Virus record (IMG/VR): IMGVR_UViG_2627853969_000002
Strand: one strand, 5' to 3'
Length of the DNA: 64,000 bases
Source: an uncultured virus (IMG/VR IMGVR_UViG_2627853969_000002)
Taxonomy: Duplodnaviria > Heunggongvirae > Uroviricota > Caudoviricetes
Shown here: positions 47,101 through 57,770 of the stretch, piece by piece
How the letters are laid out: every line of letters begins with the position of its first letter
Position numbering within the stretch: position 1 is the first letter of the stretch
Notes under the pieces: model-generated
Told to the model about the DNA's origin: nothing
The model's input: the letters and a program-made list of their open reading frames with translations, nothing else
Database searches by the model: none
Translations under genes and position numbers: made by a program

Positions 47101-49578
47101 CAGCGTCAGCAGGTAACCGTGACCGCGCGAGGTGCCCTGAGTGATGGTCGCACCGGCATAACCGGAGACCGAACCGGTTTGCTGCCATTGCCCGGCCAAC
47201 CCACTGCCGGACACCCGCGCGAACGTCACCGGCATGCCGCCAGGCAGCACCAGTTGCAGTTGGTTGTAATCGACCGTGGTAGAGCACTGACCGCCGCCAG
47301 GACACCCATGCTGCAAATTGGTCGGCGGCGCGTAGAGCGTGTAGCGAAAATTGGCTGCCGTGCCGATCCCGAAGTCCTGCTTGTTGGGGTCGCCCGGGCG
47401 ATAGGAGCGCGTCACCACCAGCGGCGACAGGCCCGGCACCACCGCGTCGGTCTCGGTATAGGAAAACTCGCCGGTGTACAGGTCGATGGGGTCGCCCGCC
47501 GTCGCGCCACCGCCACCGGCCTCCTTGCCGCAGCCATCGCTGCAGTGCGGCGTGTCTGGATCCGGCGGCGGCTTGCTGCTGTCGATGCTGTAGCTGGCGC
47601 CCATGGTCTTGTACAGCGCCACACCGCCTTCCGGGGCGATGCGCGTGCCGTCGCTGGTCACCCGCCCCTGCCCGTACACCCGCCAGCCATCGGACGGGTC
47701 GTAGATCCAGAAATTGGCCCGCGTGCCGGTAGCCAGCGTGTCGTAGTTCGGGTACAGGATCTTGATTCCCTGCGCCGCCTGCGGCGTCAGCGCCTGCACC
47801 GTGGCTCCGCCCGGTTCCAGGGTGAAGTACATCGGGTAGTTGCTCGCCACCGGGAACGGGGCGCGGTTAACCGGCGTGGGCACGATGGAGAGTTGGTGCA
47901 CCAGCGCGCCTTTGCGGTCGCGGATCACCGTGCCGGCCGGGATATGGATCTGCAGGCCCGGCATATCCGGATGGGTGAGCACCACATCCTGCTTCAGCGG
48001 CGAAGCGATGGCGGTGGTATCGCGGGCGCTGATCCGTGGCAGGTACATCGTGTAGGGCAGCCGGGTGAGCTGCCCGGCCTGCAACTCGACGCCAACCACG
48101 AACTCGCCGTACTGGCGCCCGGCGGCATTGGCCGCGCTGCCATCCACGTACAGTTCCTGGTGGCCGACAGGTAGGCCGGACAGGACGAAGCGACCGCTCG
48201 GATCGGTGTGGGTGATTTGCTTGCCCACGCTGACCGCCACCCCGGCGATGGGCTGGCCGTCCACCAACAGCACCTGGCCGCTGACGCTGGTGCGCTGACT
48301 GGCCATCGCCACCGCCTCCAACGCGCTCAACGCCGGCTGCGCCGGTTGTGCGCCGGGCGCCCGCCAACGCGCATCGGTATTGTCCTGGCCCGGGCGCCAG
48401 GTGCCATCGGCCAGCAGCGCATGCGCGCGGCACGGCAATGGGTGCAATTGGCCGCAGCCCAACAGCGTGGCCGATGGCCGCGCGGCCACGCCAGACGCCT
48501 GCGCGGTGGGCGCCGCCGCGCTCGCGGCGGTCTTCCACTCGATCACCGACAGCGGCAGCGCCGCGCCATCCAGCCCATGTAGGCCGTCCACCATCACCGT
48601 GTAATCCGTGCCGGGGAACAGCAACGCATCGGGTTGCACGAATACCAGGCGCCCGCCTTCGGCCGTCGTCACCCGCGCCTCGACCGGACCCGCCGGCCCC
48701 ATCAGGGCCACGGTGGAACCGTTCACCTCGCTGCCGCGCACCGGGCGGGTGAAACGCAGGGCGATGCGCGTGGCCGGATCGACCTGCGCGTCCTCGTCCT
48801 TCGGCGATGCCGCGGCCACCGCCAGCGGCGTGCCGAACGCCGCGCCCACCGGCCCCGCCGAGGCGAATGCCCCGGTCGCCGGATCGAACACCACATCCTG
48901 CGACGCCGGTTGACCACGGCCATCCGTGCCACCCGACAGGCGCACCTTGCCATCGGCCTGGAGCGTGGCGCTATGCCCCACCCGTGCCGGCATGGTGATC
49001 TGCATGACCTGCTGCGTGCGCGGGTCCCATAGCTGCGCATGATCGGGAGCGCCCTTGCCGCCCGCCACCAGCAGGCGGCCATCGCTCAACACCGTGGTGC
49101 TATGGCCGGCGCGTGGCTGCACGCCGTCCAGCGCCGTCGGCACCCAGCCGTCCTGCTGCGGATCGATCAGCACACCGGTCTTGCGCAGCGCTCCATCCTT
49201 GCCAGCGCCGCCCCACAGCAACACCCGACCATCGGCCAGGCGGGTCAGGCTGGCACCCTGGCGCGGTTCCAGCATCTGCCAGATGCGCAGGGGATGCGGG
49301 CTGTCCGCCGCCGTCAACACCAGCGTTTGGCCGGTGGCCTCCAGCCGCAGCAGCCGACCGCCTTCCAGCACCACGCGCGGCGGCGTGGATGCCATGCCCG
49401 GCCCGGTGGACGCCGACGCCGATGCGGCACGCGGCACACCGGACCCCTGCTGCGCCCAGCCAGCAGGCACGCTCGCCAAGGCCGCGAACATCCCCAGGCC
49501 GATGCTGTAGATCCATCCTTTGCATAACACCTTTGCGGTCTCCATGAGCAGACTCTCGGGTCTAAGGGGGGAAATCAA
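44182..49578 (-). CDS. Rhs/YD-repeat polymorphic toxin with signal peptide, Kelch-like and Ig-like domains
   Basis: Signal peptide; HSTTVLSDGRLLVAGG; GDPIDLYTG; YD repeats; RYYTPELGRFISEDP...GNPLGYSDPLG then low-GC CT; true start may be a few codons downstream. Confidence 0.93.
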   Translation of the reverse strand: MISPLRPESLLMETAKVLCKGWIYSIGLGMFAALASVPAGWAQQGSGVPRAASASASTGPGMASTPPRVVLEGGRLLRLEATGQTLVLTAADSPHPLRIWQMLEPRQGASLTRLADGRVLLWGGAGKDGALRKTGVLIDPQQDGWVPTALDGVQPRAGHSTTVLSDGRLLVAGGKGAPDHAQLWDPRTQQVMQITMPARVGHSATLQADGKVRLSGGTDGRGQPASQDVVFDPATGAFASAGPVGAAFGTPLAVAAASPKDEDAQVDPATRIALRFTRPVRGSEVNGSTVALMGPAGPVEARVTTAEGGRLVFVQPDALLFPGTDYTVMVDGLHGLDGAALPLSVIEWKTAASAAAPTAQASGVAARPSATLLGCGQLHPLPCRAHALLADGTWRPGQDNTDARWRAPGAQPAQPALSALEAVAMASQRTSVSGQVLLVDGQPIAGVAVSVGKQITHTDPSGRFVLSGLPVGHQELYVDGSAANAAGRQYGEFVVGVELQAGQLTRLPYTMYLPRISARDTTAIASPLKQDVVLTHPDMPGLQIHIPAGTVIRDRKGALVHQLSIVPTPVNRAPFPVASNYPMYFTLEPGGATVQALTPQAAQGIKILYPNYDTLATGTRANFWIYDPSDGWRVYGQGRVTSDGTRIAPEGGVALYKTMGASYSIDSSKPPPDPDTPHCSDGCGKEAGGGGATAGDPIDLYTGEFSYTETDAVVPGLSPLVVTRSYRPGDPNKQDFGIGTAANFRYTLYAPPTNLQHGCPGGGQCSTTVDYNQLQLVLPGGMPVTFARVSGSGLAGQWQQTGSVSGYAGATITQGTSRGHGYLLTLRDGSMMYFNQYSPNRLEWSLDHFGNRVDYTYDAGLLSHIVSATGRSLSIGYDGNNRITTLSDPLGNTWSYAYNDDGYLSQVTRPDGSTRSYHYKIRQAAGIREGADTLPYQARLESITDSKQQRVVFNEFENANGTWTGRVVKQTQVDGGVLTINYAHVDGNTTGVLVTKPDGSQRRVVFDPVSHYPSSDTLAYGTPLAQTILYTRTASGQTTARTDALGRRTEYAYDSAGRPLQITQLAGTAQARTTTLAYTADGDLAAITDALGRTTSFGYTNRCLTSVTTPLGQTSTATCNGAGQRLSVTDPLGHTSSFTWSNDDLTAITDALGRQTQLRYDALGRLIATQDAQGNISRFEYDALGRQTKAVDPLGNSVATGFDGNGNVSAILLPNGAGVTYAYDARDRRISRTDALGQAESWTYDSMDRVATHTDRRNRTTTYSYDALGRPSSATLPGAGGTLTASYDAGNRLMVLSDSLSGTLSWSYDGFDQVTQANGPQGSVVYGYDSVGRRTSMQAATQTPVNYAYDAGDRLTSIAQGTDTVSFAYDSANRLSSKTLPNQVQTVYVYNDANQVTGLAWGKVGQTALGSLGYGYDSRGQLVAQTGSHAPQALPPASTNNSFDDNNRQTQANSSARSYDADGHLLSDGSRTYTWDDRDHLSQISQGGTVIASYSYDALGRRSARTENGATTQYLYDGVDAVQETQGSTINPILTGPGIDERYARDDNGGRTYFLTDALGSTRLLTDTNGNAVQRYDYDPYGATTQSSTSYSNPYQYTGREHDQSGLYYYRARYYTPELGRFISEDPLQLAAGVNSYAYVGGNPLGYSDPLGLSPHSYTVHDYICNVSQHGCTPQNVFNQLRCYPAPFSSGDSAINSGDVSHIPGLGNVRHGVDSMDLSITNTTLPDHLLYPGQVTRSVVVDDGGAIYIDTVGTGEGAFSTLNNLLASPLWGGVDSNIAAKWVPSLPSYADPPGSGIH

Positions 49579-49932
49579 TTGTCCGAACCAAGCAAGATCT
49601 GCGCACTCGCCGTCTCGCCGTAGTAAGGATCCATAAACAGTTGATAGGTGCCAGTCAGCGGCAGATTGGACAAGGTCAATGTCCCATCTGTCTGGACCGC
49701 AGTGCTGTTCACTTGCGACCCGTCGGGTGAGTAAACGGTGTAGTAGACGTACGCATTGGCAGGCGTCGTGCTTTGCCCGGAGACGTTGATCGTCAACGCT
49801 TGTCCCGCCGTTCCACTGAAACTTAGTCGGGCATTTTGGCCGCGCCGTGTCAGGCTCATCGCCTTGGCCGTGTTCAACGGCAGGCTGTCAGCGAGATCGG
49901 CAGAGAGCGTGGTGGTGAACTGCATCGTCTGG
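49575..49932 (-). CDS. C-terminal part of a beta-rich repeat protein upstream of rhs
   Basis: FSGTAGQ..TVYSPDG..LPLTGTYQL (PPC-like); cut by the gap. Confidence 0.6.
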
Positions 49933-50032
49933 NNNNNNNNNNNNNNNNNNNNNNNNNNNNNNNNNNNNNNNNNNNNNNNNNNNNNNNNNNNNNNNNNNNN
50001 NNNNNNNNNNNNNNNNNNNNNNNNNNNNNNNN

Positions 50033-50538
50033 CGCTGGCGCGCGGCCACCGTGGCCGCATGGGTCACCCCGGCCACGCTCTCGGCACGGTTGAGCAAGGT
50101 GCCGGCGGCGATGGCGACGTGGTCCCCATACACCCGCCCGGTGCCCACGTTGTCCACGGTCCCCGCTTGCAGTTGGGTCAGCGCGCCGTCGATCAGGCCG
50201 CGATTGGTCAGTTGCCCGCTCGCCTGCACGTGGGTGACGCCCTGGCTGCTCATCTCCCCGCTGGCCGCGTTGTCCACATTGGCGGCAGACACATCCAGAT
50301 TGTTCGCGCGCAGCACGCCTTGGTTGAGCAGATCGCCGTCGGTGTGCACGGACAGATTGCCGTTGGCGATCAGTTGCCCGGTATTGGTCAGGCTCTCGTG
50401 CAGGCTCAGGCCCAGATCGCCCTGGGATTGCACTTGTCCATCGCCGCTGAGCGCGCGCGCGGCCAGGAACTGGTTGCCTTGCGAGCGCAGCATCCCGGCG
50501 GTGTTGGTGACCGCGTCGGCATGGGTGTTCAAGCTGCC
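50033..50538 (-). CDS. internal haemagglutinin-repeat fragment (cdiA/fhaB)
   Basis: LTNTGQLIANG...LTNRGLIDG..VDNVGTGRVYGD; isolated small contig. Confidence 0.85.
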
Positions 50539-50801
50539 NNNNNNNNNNNNNNNNNNNNNNNNNNNNNNNNNNNNNNNNNNNNNNNNNNNNNNNNNNNNNN
50601 NNNNNNNNNNNNNNNNNNNNNNNNNNNNNNNNNNNNNNGGTTCTCTGACCAGGCGATGCGCAACAAATACCGGATTCCGCACTACCTGCTCGGGGGGCTG
50701 GTGCGCTACCGGCTATCGGAACTGTCCGTATGGGCCGCACGCAGCACGCTCGTCCAACGCGGTGACACGCCGAACGTCGGTACTTCGACCGAGGGAGCCA
50801 A

Positions 50802-53066
50802 ATGATGGACTCCAACAAACCTCATAGGGACATCGAACGCGTCGAAATCCGCACCAGCCTGATCGCGCGCCTGGAATCCGTGTTGACCACCGTGTTTCCA
50901 GCAGGCAAGAAGCGCGGCACGACGTTCTTCATCGGCGACACGCGGGGCAATGCCGGCGACAGTCTCGAAGTGGTGCTGGCAGGAGAAAAGGCGGGCCTGT
51001 GGATTGATCGTGCCACTGGCGAGGGCGGGGATTTGTTCGATCTGATCGCCGCCCACCTTGGCGCCGATACTCATACCGACTTCCCCAGGGTGCTCAATGA
51101 GGCCGCCGATCTGCTCGGTCGCGTCCGTTCGGCGCCGGTGCGCAAGGCCCGCAGGCAAGCGTCCGTGGCCGATCTCGGCCCCGCCACCGCGAAGTGGAAC
51201 TACCTCGATGCCGACGGCAAATTGATCGCCATCGTCTACCGCTACGACCCGCACGGGCGCAAGAAGCAGTACCGGCCGTGGGATGCCAAGCGCGGCAAGA
51301 TGACCCCACCCGACCCTCGCCCCCTGTACAACCAGCCGGGGTTGGTGACGGCCAGCCAGGTCGTGCTGGTCGAAGGCGAAAAGTGCGCGCAGGCGTTGAT
51401 CGCCAGCGGCGTTGTGGCGACCACCGCCATGAACGGTGCCAACGCCCCGATCAACAAGACCGATTGGTCGCCATTGGCGGGTAAGTCGGTGCTGATCTGG
51501 CCTGACCGCGACAAGCCGGGCTGGGACTACGCGACGCAGGCCGCGCAAGCCATTCTGTCGGCGGGGGCGACCTCCTGCCACATCCTCTACCCGCCCGAGA
51601 ATGCCGTGGCGGGCTGGGATGCGGCAGACGCCGTGGCCGAGGGGTTCGACATCGTCTCCTTCCTCACGCACGGTCCGCGCCTGCAGATGCACGCCATCGA
51701 TGATGATGCCGCGCCAGTGGTCAGCAACGATGAATCGGTGGCGGGCACCGAGGATGCGTTGGCGCTGGCCTTTACCCGCCGCTACCACCGCGATTGGCGC
51801 TACGTCGCCACCTGGGGCCGGTGGCTGGTGTGGGACGGACAACGCTGGCGCACCGAGGATACGTTGGCAGCAACCGACCTGATCCGCAGCGTCTGCCGCC
51901 ATGCGGCGGTCCACGCCGACAACGCAAAAATCGCCACCAAACTCGCCAGTGCCGGCACGGTCAGCGGTGTCGAACGGCTGGCGCGCGCTGATCGCCGGCA
52001 TGCCGCCACCACCGCCGAATGGGACGCGGACCCGTGGCTGCTCAATACGCCCGGCGGCGTGGTTGATCTCAGGACAGGCCGACGGCGCACGCACGAACGT
52101 GCCGACCGGATCACCAAGATCACCACGGCCACGCCGAGCGATGGCTGCCCGATCTGGCAGAGGTTCCTCGCCGAGATAACAGACCAGGACAACGAACTGC
52201 AAGCCTATCTGCAACGGATGGTCGGCTATGCACTCACCGGCTCCACGCAGGAACACGCGCTGTTCTTCCTGTACGGCACCGGTGCGAACGGGAAATCGGT
52301 ATTCGTCAACACACTGGTCACCATCTTCGGCGACTACGCAGCCAACGCGCCGATGGACACGTTCATGGAGACACGCGCCGACCGGCACCCGACCGACATG
52401 GCGGGACTGCGTGGTTCGCGCTTCGTGGCGGCCATCGAAACCGAACAGGGGCGACGATGGGCCGAGTCGAAGCTGAAAAACCTCACCGGCGGCGACAAAA
52501 TTTCCGCACGCTTCATGCGTCAGGACTTCTTCGAGTTCTTCCCACAGTTCAAGCTTTTCGTCGCAGGCAACCACAGGCCCGCCATCCGCAACATCGATGA
52601 GGCAATGAAACGGCGGCTACACCTGATCCCGTTCACGATCACCGTGCCACCCGAGCGCCGCGACAAACATCTCCAGGAAAAGCTGTTGAACGAGCGCGAC
52701 GGCATCCTTGCCTGGGCCGTCCAAGGATGCCTGTACTGGCAACGCCTCGGACGGCTTGCGCCACCGCAGCAAGTTCTGCAAGCCACCGAGGAGTACTTCG
52801 AGGCAGAGGACGCGCTTGGCCGATGGATCGGCGAACGCTGCGTGCGCCATGTCAATGCCAAGTCGCTCACTGCCGAGTTATTCAACGACTGGAAGTTGTG
52901 GGCCGACGACGCAGGTGAATTCATCGGCTCGCAGAAGCGCTTCGCTGATCTGCTCCTGACCCGTGGTCTGGAGAAGTGGCGCAACTCGACGGGCCTGCGT
53001 GGCTTCCGTGGCGTGGGTCTCAAGCACCTGCACACGCGCGCTGACACCGCCTCCGACAACGACTGA
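50802..53066 (+). CDS. TOPRIM primase / D5-like helicase
   Basis: Paralogue of 27413-29677. Confidence 0.93.
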   Translation: MMDSNKPHRDIERVEIRTSLIARLESVLTTVFPAGKKRGTTFFIGDTRGNAGDSLEVVLAGEKAGLWIDRATGEGGDLFDLIAAHLGADTHTDFPRVLNEAADLLGRVRSAPVRKARRQASVADLGPATAKWNYLDADGKLIAIVYRYDPHGRKKQYRPWDAKRGKMTPPDPRPLYNQPGLVTASQVVLVEGEKCAQALIASGVVATTAMNGANAPINKTDWSPLAGKSVLIWPDRDKPGWDYATQAAQAILSAGATSCHILYPPENAVAGWDAADAVAEGFDIVSFLTHGPRLQMHAIDDDAAPVVSNDESVAGTEDALALAFTRRYHRDWRYVATWGRWLVWDGQRWRTEDTLAATDLIRSVCRHAAVHADNAKIATKLASAGTVSGVERLARADRRHAATTAEWDADPWLLNTPGGVVDLRTGRRRTHERADRITKITTATPSDGCPIWQRFLAEITDQDNELQAYLQRMVGYALTGSTQEHALFFLYGTGANGKSVFVNTLVTIFGDYAANAPMDTFMETRADRHPTDMAGLRGSRFVAAIETEQGRRWAESKLKNLTGGDKISARFMRQDFFEFFPQFKLFVAGNHRPAIRNIDEAMKRRLHLIPFTITVPPERRDKHLQEKLLNERDGILAWAVQGCLYWQRLGRLAPPQQVLQATEEYFEAEDALGRWIGERCVRHVNAKSLTAELFNDWKLWADDAGEFIGSQKRFADLLLTRGLEKWRNSTGLRGFRGVGLKHLHTRADTASDND

Positions 53067-53210
53067 ATGCCATTGCGACACATCCGACTGACGCATTTGA
53101 CGCACTACACCGTAAGTCCTACGCGCGCGTACGCGCGCACACACCTCATGAGGGAGTTTCGATGTGACCCGTCCAATCTGTCAGTCCCTCCCGACTTGGA
53201 GCACTTGACG

Positions 53211-53328
53211 ATGAACACGACGATCCTGGCCCTGGACCTGGGCACTCGCACTGGGTGGGCACTGCAGCACTCGGATGGCACCATCACCAGCGGCACCGAG
53301 CCCTTCACCCCGCAGCGATTCGAAGGCG
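53211..53328 (+). CDS. RuvC-like resolvase (partial)
   Basis: MNTTILALDLGTRTGWA; cut by the gap. Confidence 0.75.
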
Positions 53329-53492
53329 NNNNNNNNNNNNNNNNNNNNNNNNNNNNNNNNNNNNNNNNNNNNNNNNNNNNNNNNNNNNNNNNNNNNNNNN
53401 NNNNNNNNNNNNNNNNNNNNNNNNNNNNGGCCAACCCCATCAACCCGCCCATGAGGACGACTCATGGCGGGTTTTTTCATTTTCAGAACCCG

Positions 53493-54683
53493 ATGAGCGC
53501 ACTGCAACTCCACTACCGTCCGGTCGATTCGCTGATCCCCTATGCCCGCAATGCCAAGCAGCATTCGCAGGCCCAGGTCGCGCAGATCGCCGCCAGCATT
53601 CGCGAGTTCGGCTGGGGCGCGCCGATCCTGATCGATGGCCAGAACAATGTGATCGCCGGACACGGTCGTCTGCTGGCGGCACGTCAGCTGGACATGATCG
53701 AGGTGCCTGTCGTTGCGTTGGATCACTTGAGCGACACGCAACGCCGCGCGCTGATCCTGGCCGACAACAAGATCGGCGAGAACGCCGCCTGGGATGACGC
53801 CCTGCTCGGCATCGAACTGTCCGAACTGCAGGACGCCGGCTTCGATCTCGGCCTGACCGGCTTCTCCCCGGAAGAATGGGAGGCGCTGATCGCCGGGGAC
53901 GACGTCACCAAGGACGGACTCACCGACGAGGACAATGTGCCGGACGTGCCGCAAACCCCCATCTCCCAAGCAGGCGACGTGTGGCTGCTGGGCGATCACA
54001 GACTACTGTGCGGCGATGCCACCAAGGCCGACGACTACACGCAGCTGCTCGGTGACGAATTGCCCGACATGGCCTTCACCGATCCCCCGTACAACGTGAA
54101 TTACGCCAACACCGCCAAGGACAAGGCAAGCAACAAGAACCGTCCGATCCTGAACGACAACTTGGGCGAAGGCTTTGGCGGCTTCCTGACCGAAGCATGC
54201 ATGAACATCCTGGGATGCACCAAGGGTGCGGTCTACATCGCCATGAGTTCCAGCGAACTGGATACGCTGCAGTCGGCCTTCCGTGCCGCTGGCGGCCACT
54301 GGTCGACCTTCATCATCTGGGCCAAGAACACCTTCACGATGGGCCGTGCGGATTACCAGCGTCAGTACGAGCCCATCCTGTACGGCTGGCGCGAGGGCAT
54401 CGATCACTTTTGGTGTGGCGCTCGCGACCAGGGCGACGTCTGGCAGATCAAGAAGCCGCAAAAGAACGATCTGCATCCGACGATGAAGCCGGTCGAATTG
54501 GTCGAGCGCGCCGTGCGCAACAGCAGCAAGACCAAGGACATCGTGCTCGATCCGTTCGGCGGCTCCGGCTCCACGCTCATTGCCTGCGAGAAGTCCGGCA
54601 GGCGCGCACGCGTGATCGAACTTGATCCGAAGTATGTCGACGTGATCGTGCGCCGCTGGCAGGACTACACCGGGCAAGCCGCA
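53493..54683 (+). CDS. ParB-N + DNA methyltransferase (3'-partial)
   Basis: Paralogue of 31123-32379. Confidence 0.92.
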
Positions 54684-54783
54684 NNNNNNNNNNNNNNNNN
54701 NNNNNNNNNNNNNNNNNNNNNNNNNNNNNNNNNNNNNNNNNNNNNNNNNNNNNNNNNNNNNNNNNNNNNNNNNNNNNNNNNNN

Positions 54784-56472
54784 GCCTATCGCTATGCCGA
54801 AGCCGTGGTCGCCGGCGACATCCTGGCCTGCCGCTGGGTGCAACGTGCCTGCCAACGCCAACTGGACGACCTGGCGCGCTACACCGGCAAAGCCAGTCCC
54901 TACCGTTTCAATCCGAAGCTGAAGGACAGCAAGCAAGGTCGCACATTTTTGCCAGCCGACAACCTGTGCGCCTTCATCGAACGGCTGCCGCACGTCAAAG
55001 GTCCACTGGCTGGCGCATCGATCCAGTTGGAACCATGGCAGGTGTTCATCCTCTCCACCGTATTCGGTTGGGTGCGGCCCGATGGCAAGCGACGGTTTCG
55101 TCGCTCCTACATCGAGGTGCCGCGCGGTAATGCCAAGTCCACTCTATCCTCGGCGGTGAGTCTGTACATGCTCACCGCCGATGGCGAGGGCGGCGCCGAG
55201 GTGTACAGCCTGGCCACCACGCGCGACCAGGCGCGCATCGTGTTCGGCGACGCACAGACCATGGCGCGACGCAGCGCCGGGTTCCGCAACCGCTTCTCGG
55301 TAAACGTTGGCGCCCACAACATGCACGTGCTGGCCAGCGGCTCCAAGTTCGAAGCGTTGTCAGCCGAGGGATCGACGCTGGATGGACTCAACATCCACTT
55401 CGGCTGCATCGACGAACTGCATGCCCACAAGACGCGCACGGTCTACGACGTTGTCGAAACCGGCATGGGTAAACGTGACAACTCGCTGCTGTGGGTGATC
55501 ACCACCGCCGGCAGCAACCGCGCCGGCATCTGCTATGAGGTGAGGACCTTCGTTACCAAGCTGCTCGACGGCGTGATCCAGGACGACACCCAGTTCGGGA
55601 TCATCTACGGCCTGGATGAGGGCGATAGCTGGGACACCGAGCAGGCGCTGATCAAGGCCAATCCGAACTGGGGCATCTCGGTACGTCCGGAAGTGCTGGG
55701 ACCGCTGCAGGCCAAGGCCATGCAACTGCCCAGCGCCATCAACAACTTCAAGACCAAGCACCTCAACGAATGGGTCAACGCCCACACCGCGTGGATGGAC
55801 ATGCGCGCCTGGGATGCATGCGCTGACTCTACCCTGGACCTGGATGACTTCGATGGGCAACCATGTTGGATCGGCCTGGATCTGGCCAGCAAGACAGACA
55901 TCGCCGCACTCATGGTGGTGTTCCAACACCCGCACATCGCCGATGCCTACGCGGTATTCGGCAAGTATTACCTGCCCGAGGACACGGTCCAGGCCGCCGG
56001 CAACAGCCAATATCCCGGCTGGATGCGTAGCGGACGGCTGACGGTCACCGTGGGCAATGTGATCGATTTTAGTTGGATCGAGGCGGACCTGACTCAGATG
56101 GCCTCGCGTTTTGAAATCCAGGCCGTGGCCTTCGATCCGTTCCAGGCCACGCAGTTGTCCACGCGGATGCTGGCAGAAGGTCTGCCGATGATCGAAGTGC
56201 GCCCAACGGTACTCAATTTTTCAGAGCCGATGAAAACCCTGGAGGCGCTGGTGCTGCAGAAAAAACTCGTCCATGACGGCGACCCGGTGCTGGCGTGGAT
56301 GGCCAGCAATGTCGTCGCGCACCTGGACGCGAAGGACAACATCTATCCACGTAAGGAGCGACCAGAGAACAAGATCGATGGCATCGTCGCCCTGATCATG
56401 GCGTTCTCGCGCGCGATCAAGCCTGGAGACGGCATCGTCATCGACAGCAGTTACCAATTGATGGTGTTGTGA
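54784..56472 (+). CDS. terL: terminase large subunit (5'-partial)
   Basis: LEPWQ, PRGNAKS Walker A, IDELH, GLDLA, KIDGIVA. Confidence 0.95.
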   Translation, partial: AYRYAEAVVAGDILACRWVQRACQRQLDDLARYTGKASPYRFNPKLKDSKQGRTFLPADNLCAFIERLPHVKGPLAGASIQLEPWQVFILSTVFGWVRPDGKRRFRRSYIEVPRGNAKSTLSSAVSLYMLTADGEGGAEVYSLATTRDQARIVFGDAQTMARRSAGFRNRFSVNVGAHNMHVLASGSKFEALSAEGSTLDGLNIHFGCIDELHAHKTRTVYDVVETGMGKRDNSLLWVITTAGSNRAGICYEVRTFVTKLLDGVIQDDTQFGIIYGLDEGDSWDTEQALIKANPNWGISVRPEVLGPLQAKAMQLPSAINNFKTKHLNEWVNAHTAWMDMRAWDACADSTLDLDDFDGQPCWIGLDLASKTDIAALMVVFQHPHIADAYAVFGKYYLPEDTVQAAGNSQYPGWMRSGRLTVTVGNVIDFSWIEADLTQMASRFEIQAVAFDPFQATQLSTRMLAEGLPMIEVRPTVLNFSEPMKTLEALVLQKKLVHDGDPVLAWMASNVVAHLDAKDNIYPRKERPENKIDGIVALIMAFSRAIKPGDGIVIDSSYQLMVL

Positions 56473-57770
56473 TGGGACGCCTTGCCGATTTTCTCGGCCA
56501 TTTCGGTCGCACGCGCGCTGATGCGAACGACCGCAGCGCATGGGGGTCGTTCTGGTTCGAGCCGGTCACCCTGCGAACCACCAGTGGTGCACGCATCTCG
56601 AGCGAGTCGGCGCTGCGCCTGTCCGCTGTCTATGCCTGCGTGCGTATCCTCGCCGAAAGCATGGCGTCCTTGCCTTTCATCCTGTACCGACCGAACCACA
56701 GCGGCGGCAAGGTGGAGGTGACCGATCACTGGTTGTACCGACTATTCCACATCCGCCCGAATCGGTATCAGAACCCGTTCGAGTGGCGCGAAATGCTCAT
56801 GGGTCACCTGGCGCTGCGTGGCAATGCGTTCTGTCGCATTGTCGGCGATGCGGCAGGCCAGATCACCGATCTCATCCCGATCCACCCGGATCGGGTCAGC
56901 CTGGTGCTCTCCAACACCCAGGCCGATGAATACAGCTACCGCATGATAGACCGCTTCGGCAATCAGACCATTTTGCCGCGCGGCGCTGTCTGGCATCTGC
57001 GGGGGCTGTCCTCCGACGGCATGATCGGCCTGTCGCCTATCGAGATGGCACGCGAGAGTGTTGGCCTGGCGCTCACCGCCCAGGAATACGGCTCACGCTT
57101 TTTTGCCAACGACGCCAAACCCACTGGCGGCTGGATCGAATACCCCGGCACCTTCAAGGACAAACCCGCTCGCGACAACTTCCGAGAGTCTTACCAACAC
57201 GCGCAGGGCGCGATGAACCGCGGCAAGCTGCTGGTCCTAGAAGCTGGGATGAAGTACCACGAGGTCGGCGTGACCAACAAGGAAGCGCAATTTCTGGAAC
57301 TGCGCAAATTTCAGGTCACCGACATTGCACGCTTGTTCCGTGTTCCGCCGCACATGATTGCGGACCTGGATCGGGCAACCAACAACAACATCGAACAGCA
57401 ATCAATCGAGTTCGTCCGCTACACCATGCGTCCCTGGGCCGAGCGTTGGGAAGCCAGCATCCGCGCCGAGCTGATGCTCGATGAGGACAACATGGACTGC
57501 GAATTCGATTTCGCGGCCTTGATGCGCGGTGACGCCAACAGCCGGGCGACTTACTACTCGGCGATGGTCAGCATGGGGGCGCTCACCCGCAATGAGGTCC
57601 GCGTGGCCGAGAACTACGCACCGCTGCCAGGGCTGGACGAGCCCTTGGTGGCGCTCAACATGGGCGCCACCGGTCCCAATCAGCAGCCCACACCGACACA
57701 AGCGCCGCCGGATGACGACAACGCCGAGCCCAGCAAGATCAACGAACAAGACGACGACGATGAAACGTGA
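56472..57770 (+). CDS. portal protein, HK97 family
   Basis: AVYACVRILAE, LALRGNA, GLSPI, QFLELRKF..IARLFRVPP, TRNEVR. Confidence 0.95.
   Translation: MGRLADFLGHFGRTRADANDRSAWGSFWFEPVTLRTTSGARISSESALRLSAVYACVRILAESMASLPFILYRPNHSGGKVEVTDHWLYRLFHIRPNRYQNPFEWREMLMGHLALRGNAFCRIVGDAAGQITDLIPIHPDRVSLVLSNTQADEYSYRMIDRFGNQTILPRGAVWHLRGLSSDGMIGLSPIEMARESVGLALTAQEYGSRFFANDAKPTGGWIEYPGTFKDKPARDNFRESYQHAQGAMNRGKLLVLEAGMKYHEVGVTNKEAQFLELRKFQVTDIARLFRVPPHMIADLDRATNNNIEQQSIEFVRYTMRPWAERWEASIRAELMLDEDNMDCEFDFAALMRGDANSRATYYSAMVSMGALTRNEVRVAENYAPLPGLDEPLVALNMGATGPNQQPTPTQAPPDDDNAEPSKINEQDDDDET

Noticed and set aside
45530..48174. Long alternative-frame ORFs (591 aa, 688 aa) over rhs, and similar ones over primase and MTase
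   Set aside because: Shadow ORFs expected in GC-rich coding DNA; no recognisable motifs.
53067..55130. 687-aa ORF suggesting a resolvase-MTase fusion
   Set aside because: Reads through two N gaps; copy B shows separate genes.
56806..56821. Functional self-targeting of prophage A by the mini-array spacer
   Set aside because: Only 13 of the first 14 nt match, there is a seed mismatch at position 2, and the distal 18 nt are essentially unmatched; kept only as a hint to the real target.
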